Assembly (NCBI GenBank): GCA_035283065.1
Contig: DATEUP010000100.1
Span: 1-57,906, forward strand
Reading direction: 5' to 3'
Length of the DNA: 57,906 nucleotides
From: Thermoplasmatota archaeon
GTDB taxonomy: Archaea > Thermoplasmatota > DTKX01 > DATEUP01
Made by a program: the position numbers and the translations under genes. Below, piece by piece: positions 7,661 to 16,711 of this stretch. The stretch's first letter is position 1; the number at the start of each line of letters is the position of its first letter. The notes beneath the pieces are model-generated. The model searched no databases and had not been told where the DNA came from. It worked only from the letters and a program-made list of their open reading frames with translations.

Positions 7661-8461
7661 ATGGAGGGCACGAACAACGAGCAGGAGATGCTCGAGGCGT
7701 TCCTCCGCTCGGGCACCGACGCCGAACTCGTCCACCTCAAGCAGGTCCTCGGGAAGACCACCGGCGTCGGCTCGCAGCGCAACCTCGAGGACTACGAGAT
7801 CCTCATCTTCCCCGGCGGCTGGTCGGCCGGCGACTACATCCGCGCGGGAGCGATCTTCGCCGCCCGCCTCAAGGCGGAAGCCCGCAGCGAACTGAAGGCC
7901 TTCGTCGAGGCCGGCAAGCCCGTCGGCGGCATGTGCAACGGCTTCCAGATCCTCGTCGAACTCGGGCTCCTCCCGCACCTTGGCGCAGAGACGATGGCGG
8001 CTCAGCCCGAAGCCGCGCTTGCCGTCAACGAGTCCGACCGATTCGAGTGCCGCCCGACCTACCTCAAGGTTGAGAGCTCGAAGTGCGCCTTCACGGGCTC
8101 GATCAAGAAAGGCGAGGTCCTTTACATTCCGTCGGCCCACAGTGAGGGCAAGTTCACGGTGCCCCCCGAGGACGAGGCACGCGTCGTCAAGCGGCTCGAG
8201 GACGAGGGGCGGATCGTCTTCCGCTTTGTGAACCCCGAGACGGGGGCCTACGACGGTTACCCGTACAACCCCAACGGCTCGCCCGCCAACATCGCCGGGC
8301 TCTGCAACGAGGCGGGCAACGTCTTCGGCATCATGCCGCACCCCGAGCGCTCGTACCTCGGCATCAACCACCCCGACTGGTACCGAAGGCGGCAGGGCGA
8401 GTGGGGCGATGGGAAGCAGGTGTTCGATTCTGTCGTGGGGTACGTTTCGAGGCGCTTCTGA
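7661..8461 (+). CDS. purQ: Phosphoribosylformylglycinamidine synthase glutaminase subunit PurQ.
   Basis: It has the class-I amidotransferase nucleophile elbow GMCNGFQIL and the C-terminal HPER. The conserved first strand IKVCILRMEGTNNE extends upstream of the ATG at 7661, and no ATG, GTG or TTG precedes it after the SDR stop, so the start is uncertain (7625-7661). Confidence 0.8.
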   Translation: MEGTNNEQEMLEAFLRSGTDAELVHLKQVLGKTTGVGSQRNLEDYEILIFPGGWSAGDYIRAGAIFAARLKAEARSELKAFVEAGKPVGGMCNGFQILVELGLLPHLGAETMAAQPEAALAVNESDRFECRPTYLKVESSKCAFTGSIKKGEVLYIPSAHSEGKFTVPPEDEARVVKRLEDEGRIVFRFVNPETGAYDGYPYNPNGSPANIAGLCNEAGNVFGIMPHPERSYLGINHPDWYRRRQGEWGDGKQVFDSVVGYVSRRF

Positions 8462-8494
8462 TTTCCGGGGACCCGACGGGATCCACCGAACCGC

Positions 8495-9181
8495 CTACCC
8501 CCGCAGCATGGGCACGGTCCAGGTGAGCCCGACCCCGTGCCTCTTCGCCTCTTTCAGCATCTGAACCCACCCGGGCACGAGCGGGCCCGCCTTCAGCGCC
8601 CCCTCGAGGCCATTCGCTCTCGGCCCAAGCACCTCCAACATCGCCCCCACCTCGTCCTCCGTGAGGTAGCCGCCCGTGTACGCATTGTCGTGCTGCATCC
8701 ACTCCGGCATCCCCTCCAAGAGCTTGCCGGCAAGCGCCGCCGCCTCCGGCACCGCCGCCTGAATCTCAAGAAGCAATTCGACGAGCCCCGCGCCTGTCTT
8801 TCCGGCCGGGCGGATCTCGCCCTGCCAGCCCTCCTTCTCGGCCGCCTTCACCACCAAGTCCACGACGAGCCTCTCCGCGTCCTGCGCCCACTTCGGGTGC
8901 CGCCAGTCGAAGAGCGCCGCCTCTTTGTCGATGTACTGCTTCCAGTGCTCCGGCAGCGGGCCCTCTCCGCGGTAGTCGATCTGCCCGTGCAGGACGTCGT
9001 TGCGAAGCTCCTGCCAGTCCCTTTCAAGCGTCGCGCGCGCGCCCATCCCTTGGAGCGCCGTCCCCCGAACGACCGCGGCCAGGGCGTCGAGCTCGCGGCC
9101 GAAGAGCGCGGCCCGCAGCGCCGGCATCACCTCGGCCTCGAGCTTCCGGCCGAGGATCGGCACAACGACCTCCTCAAGCAC
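8495..9181 (-). CDS. Hypothetical protein.
   Basis: 228 aa with a GTG start. Its composition looks protein-like (W/H/K-containing, not an R/P/A shadow). I recognise no family. Confidence 0.55.
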   Translation of the reverse strand: MLEEVVVPILGRKLEAEVMPALRAALFGRELDALAAVVRGTALQGMGARATLERDWQELRNDVLHGQIDYRGEGPLPEHWKQYIDKEAALFDWRHPKWAQDAERLVVDLVVKAAEKEGWQGEIRPAGKTGAGLVELLLEIQAAVPEAAALAGKLLEGMPEWMQHDNAYTGGYLTEDEVGAMLEVLGPRANGLEGALKAGPLVPGWVQMLKEAKRHGVGLTWTVPMLRG

Positions 9182-9257
9182 GCCGGCGCCCCCGCCCGCG
9201 GCAATCCCTCAACCCGCTAAAAGGGTGCGGGTCGGGCGCGCCTTTCGCCCCTCCACT

Positions 9258-12200
9258 TCAGACCTTCGGGCGCTTGCGCCGCTGCCTTCCGAGCAGGAAG
9301 AGCGCCGCACCCGCGCCCGCCAAGATCGGCACGAGCGCGAGGAGCCCCATCGAGGCCGGCGGCGAGGTCGTCACAGGCGCGGCCTCCGGCGCAGGCTCCG
9401 AGGGGGGCCGTTCTTCGACCACGAAGTTCACCCGCGCCTCGTTGTTGTACTCGTCGGACTCGTAGACCCGCCCCACCACGGGGCTTGCCCCCGGCTCGTC
9501 CTTCGGGTCAACAAAGAGGGCGAGCGCGTGGGCCCCCGCCTTGAGCGTGAGGGGTACGCGCAGGAAAACGGACAGCCCCGGCCCGACTGAGGGCACCTCG
9601 TCCACCAGCACAATACTTCCGTCGACGAGTACGCGAAGTCCCGTCGGCGCCGAGGCCGCTTGGCCCGCGTTTGCCACCCTCAGCACAACCTCTCCTGCAA
9701 GCTCGGGGTCGGCAAACCCCTGAGGCAGGCTCTCGACCGTGACCGTGAGGTCCGGCAACACGACCCGCACAACCGTCGCAAAGCTCGCCGTGGGTCCCCT
9801 CGCGCTCGACAGCACGACCGTCACCGGGACGCTCACGGGGACGGGCTCCCGCGGCGCAGTAATCTCGAGGAGGAGCCGCCCGCGCGCGTAGGGCGCCAGC
9901 GTAAGCGTCCCCGTCCCCAGGAAGCTCGTGTCGTTGGAGTCGCCCCGCTCGTAGCGCATGTCGACACCCCAATACTGCGGCGCGTCTACGCGCACCGTTA
10001 CGACGAAGATGTCCCGGACGTTTCCAAGGTGCCGCAGCGCGCCCTCAATCCCCACGACCCCCGAGGGCCCGACGTCGAGTCCCGACGCATTGAACGCCGC
10101 CTCAAGGCCGTAGGCGGCAGGCAACCGCACCGTAAGCGAGAGGTTCCAGGGGTCCATCGCGCCCGCCCTCAGCCGCACCGTGAGCTGGTACGACCCCGAG
10201 GGGGCCTCGGCGGGCGCCTGAACGCGAAGCGCGACCTTGCCCTGCCCGAAGGCGGGGACCTCTTCGGCCGGGGTGCCCCCGACGGAAAGCGCGCTTTCGA
10301 CGGTAAAGCCCGGAGGCGAGGCGACGACCTCGACTTCGACCGCCTCGCCGACATTCCCCATGTTCTCCAGCGTGAACTCGAACGAGGCCGCGCCGCTTGC
10401 GTCGGCGTCGACTGCGGTGCCCTGCGACCTCCACGCCGCGCTGTGCACGCTCCGGACGGTGATCTCGACGCGCGCTTCGCCCACGGCCACGCTGCCCGCG
10501 CAGGTGCCGCGCACCGTGAGGTTCAGCACTTGCCCCCCAGGGGCGTTGCCCGGCGCGGCGACCTCAAATGAAGCCGCCGCCGTCTGCCCGCCGGCAAGTC
10601 GCGCGCCAAACGGGCTCCCGAGGACCGTCCAACCCGAGGGCAGGCTCTCCACGAGCCCCAGCGTGCAGTCGACCGGCTGCCCCGCGTTCCCCTCGTTCAA
10701 CATCGCAAACGCCGGGCGCGTCGAGCCCCCGGGGTCCACCTCGACGGCCTGGAAGTCCGGCGTCACGACGGGCCTTGCCACGAGCCCCACGCGCACGCAG
10801 AACCCCGCGGTCGCCAGGGAAAAAACATCGTTGGGGTTCTGGACCTTGAGCCTTCCGCAGTAGCTTTCGCCCGCGCTCGCGTCGACCGGCGGCGTGACGG
10901 CGAGCACGACGGCCTGCGACGCGCCCCGCGGGGCCGTAAAGTCCGCCGCCGAAAGCGCGGCGCTCCAAGCCGGGTCGAAGGGCGGCACACTCAGGGCGAG
11001 CGGCACCCCCTGCTCGTCGGCAAGGCCCGTGTTGCGCACCGTGAACGTCAAATTGGCCGTGGCCCCCGGCCACGCGGTCACGTTTTGGTCCGCAGGGTCC
11101 ACCTGGAAACGGTGCCCGGCAACGACCGTCACGTTGACGCGAAGGTCGAGCACCACGCTCGGCCGGTGCACATCCGCCACCTGGACCCGCACCACGGCCC
11201 TGTAGGGCGTAGGGTCGAAGACCGGCCCCCGGACCTCCAGGGAAAGGCCCGCCGACTCGCCGGCCTCCAAACCGAGGTCCGCGACCGGCGCCCCCGTCGT
11301 GGCATTCACCACGCCGGCGGTCCAATTCGTGGGGCCTGCGCCCACGGAGACCACGGCCCCGACGGAGAGATTCACCGCCTCCGGCGACAGGCTCGCAAAG
11401 GCGAGTGGGACACTGCCCACTTCGCCGCGGATGAGGGTCATGTCCGGCGCGTCTACCGCCACCCGGTACCCCGTCCACCGCAGTCGCAGCGGCGCGCCCC
11501 AGATCGTCGAAGTGTAGGCCCCTGTGTCGTTTTGCCAAACGACCCAAACGGAGCCGTCAGGCGCCGCAGCCGCCCGCGCGTTCACGTCGGACTCGGCCCC
11601 CAGCGAGACGCTGGAGGCCGCCGCCACCACGGACAAATCGGCCGCGTCGAGCGCGCCCGCCCGGACTTTCAAGCCGCCCCCGCCCGCCGCCGACGACCAG
11701 ACCACGAGCACCTCGCCCGAGGGCAGGAGCACAGGGCGCGGCGTCTGCGCCTCCGGCTCGCTTGCAAAGACCACTCGGTCGGCAAGCTCCACACCCCCCG
11801 TCGCGTTGAGCTTTACCGCGTGGACGCTTGCGCCGTCCGACCATACGGCCACGACCCCGCCGTCCCCCACCGCCCCCACGCTGAGGTTCGCGGCCGTCGT
11901 GCCGAGGCTCACCGGCCCCCACGCCGCCGACCCGTTTTCGTTAAGGGCTCGCACGTATCCCGTCCCCGCCCGCGACGCCCAAGCGACCAGCATAAGCCCT
12001 GCGGGCCGGTCGTAAGCCAGCTGGGCCGGGAACCCCGTCCCGCCGTCGCTGTAGAGCGTCAGGTTCGTTGCCGTCCACGAGCCGTTTGCCGCCATCCGCG
12101 AGTAGAGCAGCGACGTGTTCCACCGCACGACGTGGACCGAGGCGTTTGCCCCCACAGCCACCGCCGCACTCGCCGTCCCGTAGGGCGTTGTCCCCACGCG

Positions 12201-12695
12201 CCGGTCCGCCACGAGCGTGCTCCCGGCAAGGTCCACGACCTTCACATTCACCGCCTGCGCCGGGAAGGCATAGGACCAGTAGACGCGCGCCATCCGGTCG
12301 GCCGCGTCGAGCGCCGCGTAAGCCCCCCGCGCCGTCGTATTCCCCCATGTGTCGTACTGGAGCCCCGGCGCCAGATCGACTTCCAAGCCGACGGGGTTTG
12401 CGTTTCCCCACTCAAACCTCTGCAGTTTCGGCGAGGTCCACCCCGGGAACGACCCGCCGAGGTAGCCCAGCACGAGGCCGCCGCCGGACTCAGCGAACGG
12501 CTCCGGGACTTCCTGGACATTCGAACCGCTCACTAGCTCGACTGCGCCCCCGACATCCAAGTACCGACCCTGAGGCACCTCGAGCGCGACCTCCGCGGCC
12601 TCCCGCCCCCCCGCGGCCGCCGGGCCCGTCACCAAGTTGCCCGCAACCAAAAGCGCGCAGAGCGCCAGGGCAGCCCCACCCGCCTTCGGCGACAT
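9258..12695 (-). CDS. Large cell-surface protein: signal peptide, propeller-like repeats, multiple NEW3/CARDB-type Ig-like domains, C-terminal TM anchor.
   Basis: I place the start at ATG 12695 (MSPKAGGAALALCALLVAGNLVTGPAAAGG is a signal peptide). The track start at 12821 would overlap the TatD gene. The C-terminal CARDB-like domain ends ...YESDEYNNEARVNFVV, followed by a Pro-rich linker and LLALVPILAGAGAALFLLGRQRRKRPKV. It has many N-x-S/T sequons. Confidence 0.8.
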   Translation of the reverse strand: MSPKAGGAALALCALLVAGNLVTGPAAAGGREAAEVALEVPQGRYLDVGGAVELVSGSNVQEVPEPFAESGGGLVLGYLGGSFPGWTSPKLQRFEWGNANPVGLEVDLAPGLQYDTWGNTTARGAYAALDAADRMARVYWSYAFPAQAVNVKVVDLAGSTLVADRRVGTTPYGTASAAVAVGANASVHVVRWNTSLLYSRMAANGSWTATNLTLYSDGGTGFPAQLAYDRPAGLMLVAWASRAGTGYVRALNENGSAAWGPVSLGTTAANLSVGAVGDGGVVAVWSDGASVHAVKLNATGGVELADRVVFASEPEAQTPRPVLLPSGEVLVVWSSAAGGGGLKVRAGALDAADLSVVAAASSVSLGAESDVNARAAAAPDGSVWVVWQNDTGAYTSTIWGAPLRLRWTGYRVAVDAPDMTLIRGEVGSVPLAFASLSPEAVNLSVGAVVSVGAGPTNWTAGVVNATTGAPVADLGLEAGESAGLSLEVRGPVFDPTPYRAVVRVQVADVHRPSVVLDLRVNVTVVAGHRFQVDPADQNVTAWPGATANLTFTVRNTGLADEQGVPLALSVPPFDPAWSAALSAADFTAPRGASQAVVLAVTPPVDASAGESYCGRLKVQNPNDVFSLATAGFCVRVGLVARPVVTPDFQAVEVDPGGSTRPAFAMLNEGNAGQPVDCTLGLVESLPSGWTVLGSPFGARLAGGQTAAASFEVAAPGNAPGGQVLNLTVRGTCAGSVAVGEARVEITVRSVHSAAWRSQGTAVDADASGAASFEFTLENMGNVGEAVEVEVVASPPGFTVESALSVGGTPAEEVPAFGQGKVALRVQAPAEAPSGSYQLTVRLRAGAMDPWNLSLTVRLPAAYGLEAAFNASGLDVGPSGVVGIEGALRHLGNVRDIFVVTVRVDAPQYWGVDMRYERGDSNDTSFLGTGTLTLAPYARGRLLLEITAPREPVPVSVPVTVVLSSARGPTASFATVVRVVLPDLTVTVESLPQGFADPELAGEVVLRVANAGQAASAPTGLRVLVDGSIVLVDEVPSVGPGLSVFLRVPLTLKAGAHALALFVDPKDEPGASPVVGRVYESDEYNNEARVNFVVEERPPSEPAPEAAPVTTSPPASMGLLALVPILAGAGAALFLLGRQRRKRPKV

Positions 12696-12763
12696 TGCAG
12701 GGGGCCCTTTCCCTTCGTTCCAATTAACCCTGCGCAATTGCGCTACCCTTCCACAACGCCCCC

Positions 12764-13621
12764 TTAGATCTCGACCTCGACGCCGTAGAGCGCTTCGGGG
12801 TTCTCCTTGTGGATCCTCCACACGCGCTCCTCTGCCACCCCCTGCTCAAGCATCGCCCGCGTCCGGCGCGGCACCGTCGCGGGCGCCATCACCGCCCCCG
12901 GCCTCCGCCTGTCGTCGATGAAGTCCGTCTCGAGCATGAACCGGTCCCCCTTTCCAAGCGCCTCCTTCACATTCGGCCTCGACGCCATCACGGACGGCAT
13001 GAGCCCGAAATTCTCGTCCGGCCGCACGAGCGGCCCGCAGTAGTGCTTCGCCACCTTCGCCTTCGAAAGGCCCGAGGCCTCAACCCGGGCCGCGAGGTCC
13101 TTCATCACTTCGACCGTCGCCGACTCCGTGTGGAGCTGAACGGCGAGCCCCGCGTCCTTCGCGGCCGCAAACTCAAAGGCCATCAGCCGGTTCGAAAACG
13201 CCCACATCTCCTCGGACACCGCGTAGTGGGGCCGACCCGCCTCCGAGAGCGCGACGACAAGCGGCTCCTCGCGCGCGATCTTCACGCACTGCCCGATGGC
13301 CCCCGTGAGGAGATCCCACGCGCCCTCGAAGCCCAGCCGCTCGCCGTGCCTCGTGAACTCGGCGGGGTGCGGGCAGAGCGCGACGAAGCACCGGACGTCG
13401 CCCCGCGCGTTCACGGCCCGCCCCATGTCAACCGTTCGCACGAACTCCGCCCGGTACGCTTCCGCCGTTGTCGAGAGGGCTTCGAAGTCGGGCTTGTGCA
13501 CGAGTAGGAAGTGCGTGCCCCCCGCCTTCACGAACTCGTCGACGCTCGCCTGGTAGCCGCCGTGGACGGGGTCAAGGTGGAAGTGGTCGTCAAAGACCGG
13601 CACGTTCGGAGGGGCTCCCAT
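12764..13621 (-). CDS. TatD-related metal-dependent hydrolase (TIM-barrel, archaeal COG1099 type).
   Basis: 285 aa. It has the N-terminal metal motif VFDDHFHLDP and later His/Glu/Asp ligand contexts (LHTES, ETDFID). Confidence 0.75.
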   Translation of the reverse strand: MGAPPNVPVFDDHFHLDPVHGGYQASVDEFVKAGGTHFLLVHKPDFEALSTTAEAYRAEFVRTVDMGRAVNARGDVRCFVALCPHPAEFTRHGERLGFEGAWDLLTGAIGQCVKIAREEPLVVALSEAGRPHYAVSEEMWAFSNRLMAFEFAAAKDAGLAVQLHTESATVEVMKDLAARVEASGLSKAKVAKHYCGPLVRPDENFGLMPSVMASRPNVKEALGKGDRFMLETDFIDDRRRPGAVMAPATVPRRTRAMLEQGVAEERVWRIHKENPEALYGVEVEI

Positions 13622-13663
13622 TCCGCCTGCCCCCCGGGGCCCTCGCCCCCCAAAGCCCGCCCT

Positions 13664-14224
13664 TCAAGTCTGGATGAGCCCCGCCTGCTTGAGCTCGTTC
13701 AGGATGTTCACGATCGCTTCCTTCACGTCGTCGGGCTTCTTCGCGCCCGTGCAGACCATCTTGCCCGACCCGAAGAGCAGGAGGACGACCTTCGGTTGGT
13801 CCATCCGGTAGACGAGCCCCGGGAATTGCTCGGGTTCGTACTCGACCTTCTCGAGGCCGAGCGACACCGTGATCGTGTTCAAGTTTAGGGGGCTCCCAAG
13901 GTCCGTGGAGGCCACGAGGTTTTGGATCGTGATCTCCACCTTCTCCGAGACCTTCACGCCCGAGGCGATGAGCCGCTTAATCACCGTGTTGATGGCCTGG
14001 TGGACTTCGGGGATCGACTTTGCCCCCGTGCACACCATCTTGCCGGAGCGGAAAAGGAGCGTCGCCGTTTTCGGGCTCTCCAGCCGGTAGATAAGCCCGG
14101 GGAAGCGCTCGGGCTCGTACTCCGCGCCCTCCAAGGTTAGGGCGATCGAGGGCAGGTCAAGCTCGTTGTCAAGGAGAGATGTCGCAACCACGTTCTCGAT
14201 ACGGAAGTCTGGCAGGGAGATCAC
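13664..14224 (-). CDS. tbp: TATA-box-binding protein.
   Basis: 186 aa with two direct TBP repeats: IENVVATSLL...FPGLIYRL..PKTATLLFRSGKMVCTGAKS and IQNLVASTDL...FPGLVYRMDQPKVVLLLFGSGKMVCTGAKK. GTG start. Confidence 0.95.
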   Translation of the reverse strand: MISLPDFRIENVVATSLLDNELDLPSIALTLEGAEYEPERFPGLIYRLESPKTATLLFRSGKMVCTGAKSIPEVHQAINTVIKRLIASGVKVSEKVEITIQNLVASTDLGSPLNLNTITVSLGLEKVEYEPEQFPGLVYRMDQPKVVLLLFGSGKMVCTGAKKPDDVKEAIVNILNELKQAGLIQT

Positions 14225-14246
14225 CTTTTAAGTGGGACGTTCTTGG

Positions 14247-14256
14247 GTTTAAATAC
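14247..14256 (-). promoter_or_regulatory. Putative TATA box of tbp.
   Basis: The minus strand reads GTATTTAAAC, centred about 27 nt upstream of the GTG at 14224, which implies a leaderless or near-leaderless transcript. An inverted copy, GGTATTTAAAGG, is at about 14325-14336. Confidence 0.45.
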
Positions 14257-14354
14257 GGGCTTTCTTAAAAAGGGTTGGGGTGCCGGGAGGCCGTTTTCCA
14301 CCCTCCGTGGGGCGCCGCCGGCTGGGTATTTAAAGGCCTTCTTTACGTGGAATC

Positions 14355-14378
14355 GGGGTCTCGAATGACCCCAAAAAA
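14355..14378 (-). terminator. Oligo-T tract plus GC hairpin after the coiled-coil/KaiC-like gene pair.
   Basis: On the minus strand, 9 nt after the stop at 14388, TTTTTT (14378-14373) is followed by the hairpin GGGGTC-ATTCGA-GACCCC (14372-14355). Confidence 0.5.
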
Positions 14379-14387
14379 CGCTCTTCC

Positions 14388-16646
14388 TCAACGGATCTTG
14401 TCGAGCGAGAACGAGCCGATGTTGATGCCCTTCCGCGAATACTCGTAGGAGATCCACCCGCGGTTCTGCGCGTCGGTGATCCCGACCACGCGGATGTAGT
14501 TCTTCGTGTTTTCCGTCTTGACCTGGATCGAGCCGTCCATCGCGTGGGCGAGGTTTGCAAGGTCCGTTGCCGAGTGCATGGCCTCGTCGAGCGCGTAGAC
14601 CGAGACGGCCTTCTTCATCTTGCTCTTGCCCGTGAGCATCTGGAGGAAGCGGAACGTGGCCGTGACATCCGAGTACGTGATGAAGGTGGAGATCGACATC
14701 ACCACGACGCGGTACGTGGGGTGCTTCTCCTCCTTCGTCCACCTGTCCGTGATGACCTCCATGGCTTCCATGATCGCCTTGTAGTCCGTCGGGTGGTCGA
14801 TGAACGCGGCATATTTGTTCTCCTCCGCCTCGCCCATGGCGCGCGAGTAGCAGTCGACCCACCGCAGGAGCCCGAGCTTCTCATACTCGTCGATCGACGG
14901 GAGGATCGCCGCCAGCTCCTGCTTGACGGACGCGGGCGCGACATCCGTGAGGACCATCGCGACGGGAACGCCCTTCTGGAGCCCCTCGGCGGCGAAGGCA
15001 TACATGAAGACCTCCTTGCCGATGAACGCCGGGCCCGACACGAGGATGTTCCCGCCGATCGGGAACCCCCCGTACACGAGGTCGTCCATGCGCGGCGTGC
15101 CGGTCTTCACCTTGCGCGCCTTCATCTCGAGCTCGATTTCCTTCTTGCGCATGTCGACGTCTTCGCGGACCGCCGCCTCTTCCTTGATGCGCAGCTGGCC
15201 CTCCTTCTGGCGCAGGAACGACTCCTTGGCCTTCATCTCCTCTTCCTTGGCCGCAATCTCGCGCTCGAGCTGCTGGAGGCGCTTCTTCATCTCGAGCTGT
15301 TCGACCGAGCCCTCCTGCTGCTTGGCCTCCTGGAGCTGGCGCAGCGACTGCTCGACGACCTTCTGCTTGTAGTCGAGCTCCTCCTGGCGCCGGTTGAACT
15401 CCTCGTCCTTGTACTTCACGACGGTCTTGAGTTTCCTAAGCTCGTCCTCGCGGGACTCCATCGAGATCTTGAGTTCCTTGATCCGGTCGTCGCGCTCGAC
15501 GATGAGCTTCTGCATTTCCGGGAGTTCGTTCATCTTGTTGTTGAACTGGGAGTCGGCCTCCTCGCGGCGAAGCTCGCGCTCCTCCTTGAGGCGCTGGAAC
15601 TGCTCCGTGAGTTCCTTCTCACGGGCCTTGAGGCGCCGGTCCTCGGCCTCGAGCTTTGCGCGCGCGTCCGCGAGCTGGAGCTCCTTGGCCTTGACCGCCT
15701 CGCTGTCCACGGCGGGCCCGCCCCGGACCGGGACCGGGCGCCCGGCGACGGGCTGCGGGAGGGTGCCCGCCTTCGCGAGGGCCTCGCGCTTCTCGACGAC
15801 TTCCTTCTCGAGCGCCTGGACCTGCTCCTCGAGCCCCTTGCGCCGTGATTCCTCCTCGCGGGCCGTCTCGCGGAGCGACTCGAGCTCCTCGTCGTGCTTC
15901 TTGCGCTGGAGGTTCGTCACGTACTTCATCATCGCAATCGAGCCCTTCTTGAGGTTCTCGAGCTCGGCCTCGATCTCCGCGCGCCGCTTCTCCTCGCGCG
16001 AGTACATGTCGCGGAACTCTTCGAGTTTCATTCGCGCCTGGCGCAACTCGTCCTCCATCGCCTGGACCTCGGCGGAGGTGAGGCCGAGCACGGCGGCGCC
16101 CACCACGCCCTCGCCGGCCTGGGCGCGCATGAGCTTCTCGCGGAGGTCCTCGACCTCGGCCATCTTCTTCTTGAGCTCGAGGCGGGCCTTGTCGAATTCG
16201 TCTTCCTTGACGCGGATGTACTCGTCGGCCTTCTTGAACTCGGCGTACTGCTCGAGCCGCCGGTTCATGTCGTTGAGCTCCTTCTCGTACTTGATGCGCT
16301 GGAGCGCGATTGTGTTGCGCATCTTGATCTGGAAGTCGTTCTTGACGCGGTTGAGCTCCTCCTCCTTGGCGGCAAGGTCGGCCTTGAAGTGCTCGAGCTC
16401 GGCGCTCGCGGCCTGGCTGGCGGCGCGGCCCGAGCCGCCGTCGACGGTGATCGAGCGGGCGCCTTCGCGTGTGAGCCCTTCGGTTTCCTCGCCGCCTTCG
16501 GTCTCGCGGGCCTTGAGGATCTCGCCGCGCCTGCGGTATGCCGCCATGTAGCGGTCCAGCGGCGAGCGGGGGGCGATTGCGGGGACTTCTTGCGTGGCCA
16601 CGGCGCTTCCCCCCGCCTCTTTGAGCCTCGATCGGGGCGGGGGCAT
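14388..16646 (-). CDS. Coiled-coil protein (about 480 aa of heptad-rich sequence) with a C-terminal KaiC/FlaH-like RecA-superfamily domain and a degenerate Walker A.
   Basis: 752 aa. The long E/K/R/L/Q-rich region is followed by GTPRMDDLVYGGFPIGGNILVSGPAFIGKEVFMYAFAAEG, the KaiC-type P-loop context with Glu in place of Ser/Thr. It ends DGSIQVKTE..YIRVVGI...ISYEYSRKGINI, as KaiC-like domains do. Confidence 0.8.
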   Translation of the reverse strand: MPPPRSRLKEAGGSAVATQEVPAIAPRSPLDRYMAAYRRRGEILKARETEGGEETEGLTREGARSITVDGGSGRAASQAASAELEHFKADLAAKEEELNRVKNDFQIKMRNTIALQRIKYEKELNDMNRRLEQYAEFKKADEYIRVKEDEFDKARLELKKKMAEVEDLREKLMRAQAGEGVVGAAVLGLTSAEVQAMEDELRQARMKLEEFRDMYSREEKRRAEIEAELENLKKGSIAMMKYVTNLQRKKHDEELESLRETAREEESRRKGLEEQVQALEKEVVEKREALAKAGTLPQPVAGRPVPVRGGPAVDSEAVKAKELQLADARAKLEAEDRRLKAREKELTEQFQRLKEERELRREEADSQFNNKMNELPEMQKLIVERDDRIKELKISMESREDELRKLKTVVKYKDEEFNRRQEELDYKQKVVEQSLRQLQEAKQQEGSVEQLEMKKRLQQLEREIAAKEEEMKAKESFLRQKEGQLRIKEEAAVREDVDMRKKEIELEMKARKVKTGTPRMDDLVYGGFPIGGNILVSGPAFIGKEVFMYAFAAEGLQKGVPVAMVLTDVAPASVKQELAAILPSIDEYEKLGLLRWVDCYSRAMGEAEENKYAAFIDHPTDYKAIMEAMEVITDRWTKEEKHPTYRVVVMSISTFITYSDVTATFRFLQMLTGKSKMKKAVSVYALDEAMHSATDLANLAHAMDGSIQVKTENTKNYIRVVGITDAQNRGWISYEYSRKGINIGSFSLDKIR

Positions 16647-16711
16647 TAATAAGGGTTTGTCGCAGGGGTGCGGCCTTTGCAGGGTCGGGGGACAGGGGAG
16701 CTTGAAGGGCG

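Noticed and set aside
12696-12821. The N-terminal extension of the 1187-aa track ORF.
   Set aside because: It would overlap the 3' end of the TatD gene by about 60 nt and adds an Arg-rich non-signal sequence. The ATG at 12695 begins a canonical signal peptide.
14544-16649. Several long plus-strand ORFs (14544-15848, 15394-16551, 15894-16649), and the similar 17505-18989 and 18971-20161.
   Set aside because: All are antisense or out-of-frame shadows of the two coiled-coil genes. Their L/R/E- or S/R-rich composition is periodic low complexity with no motifs.
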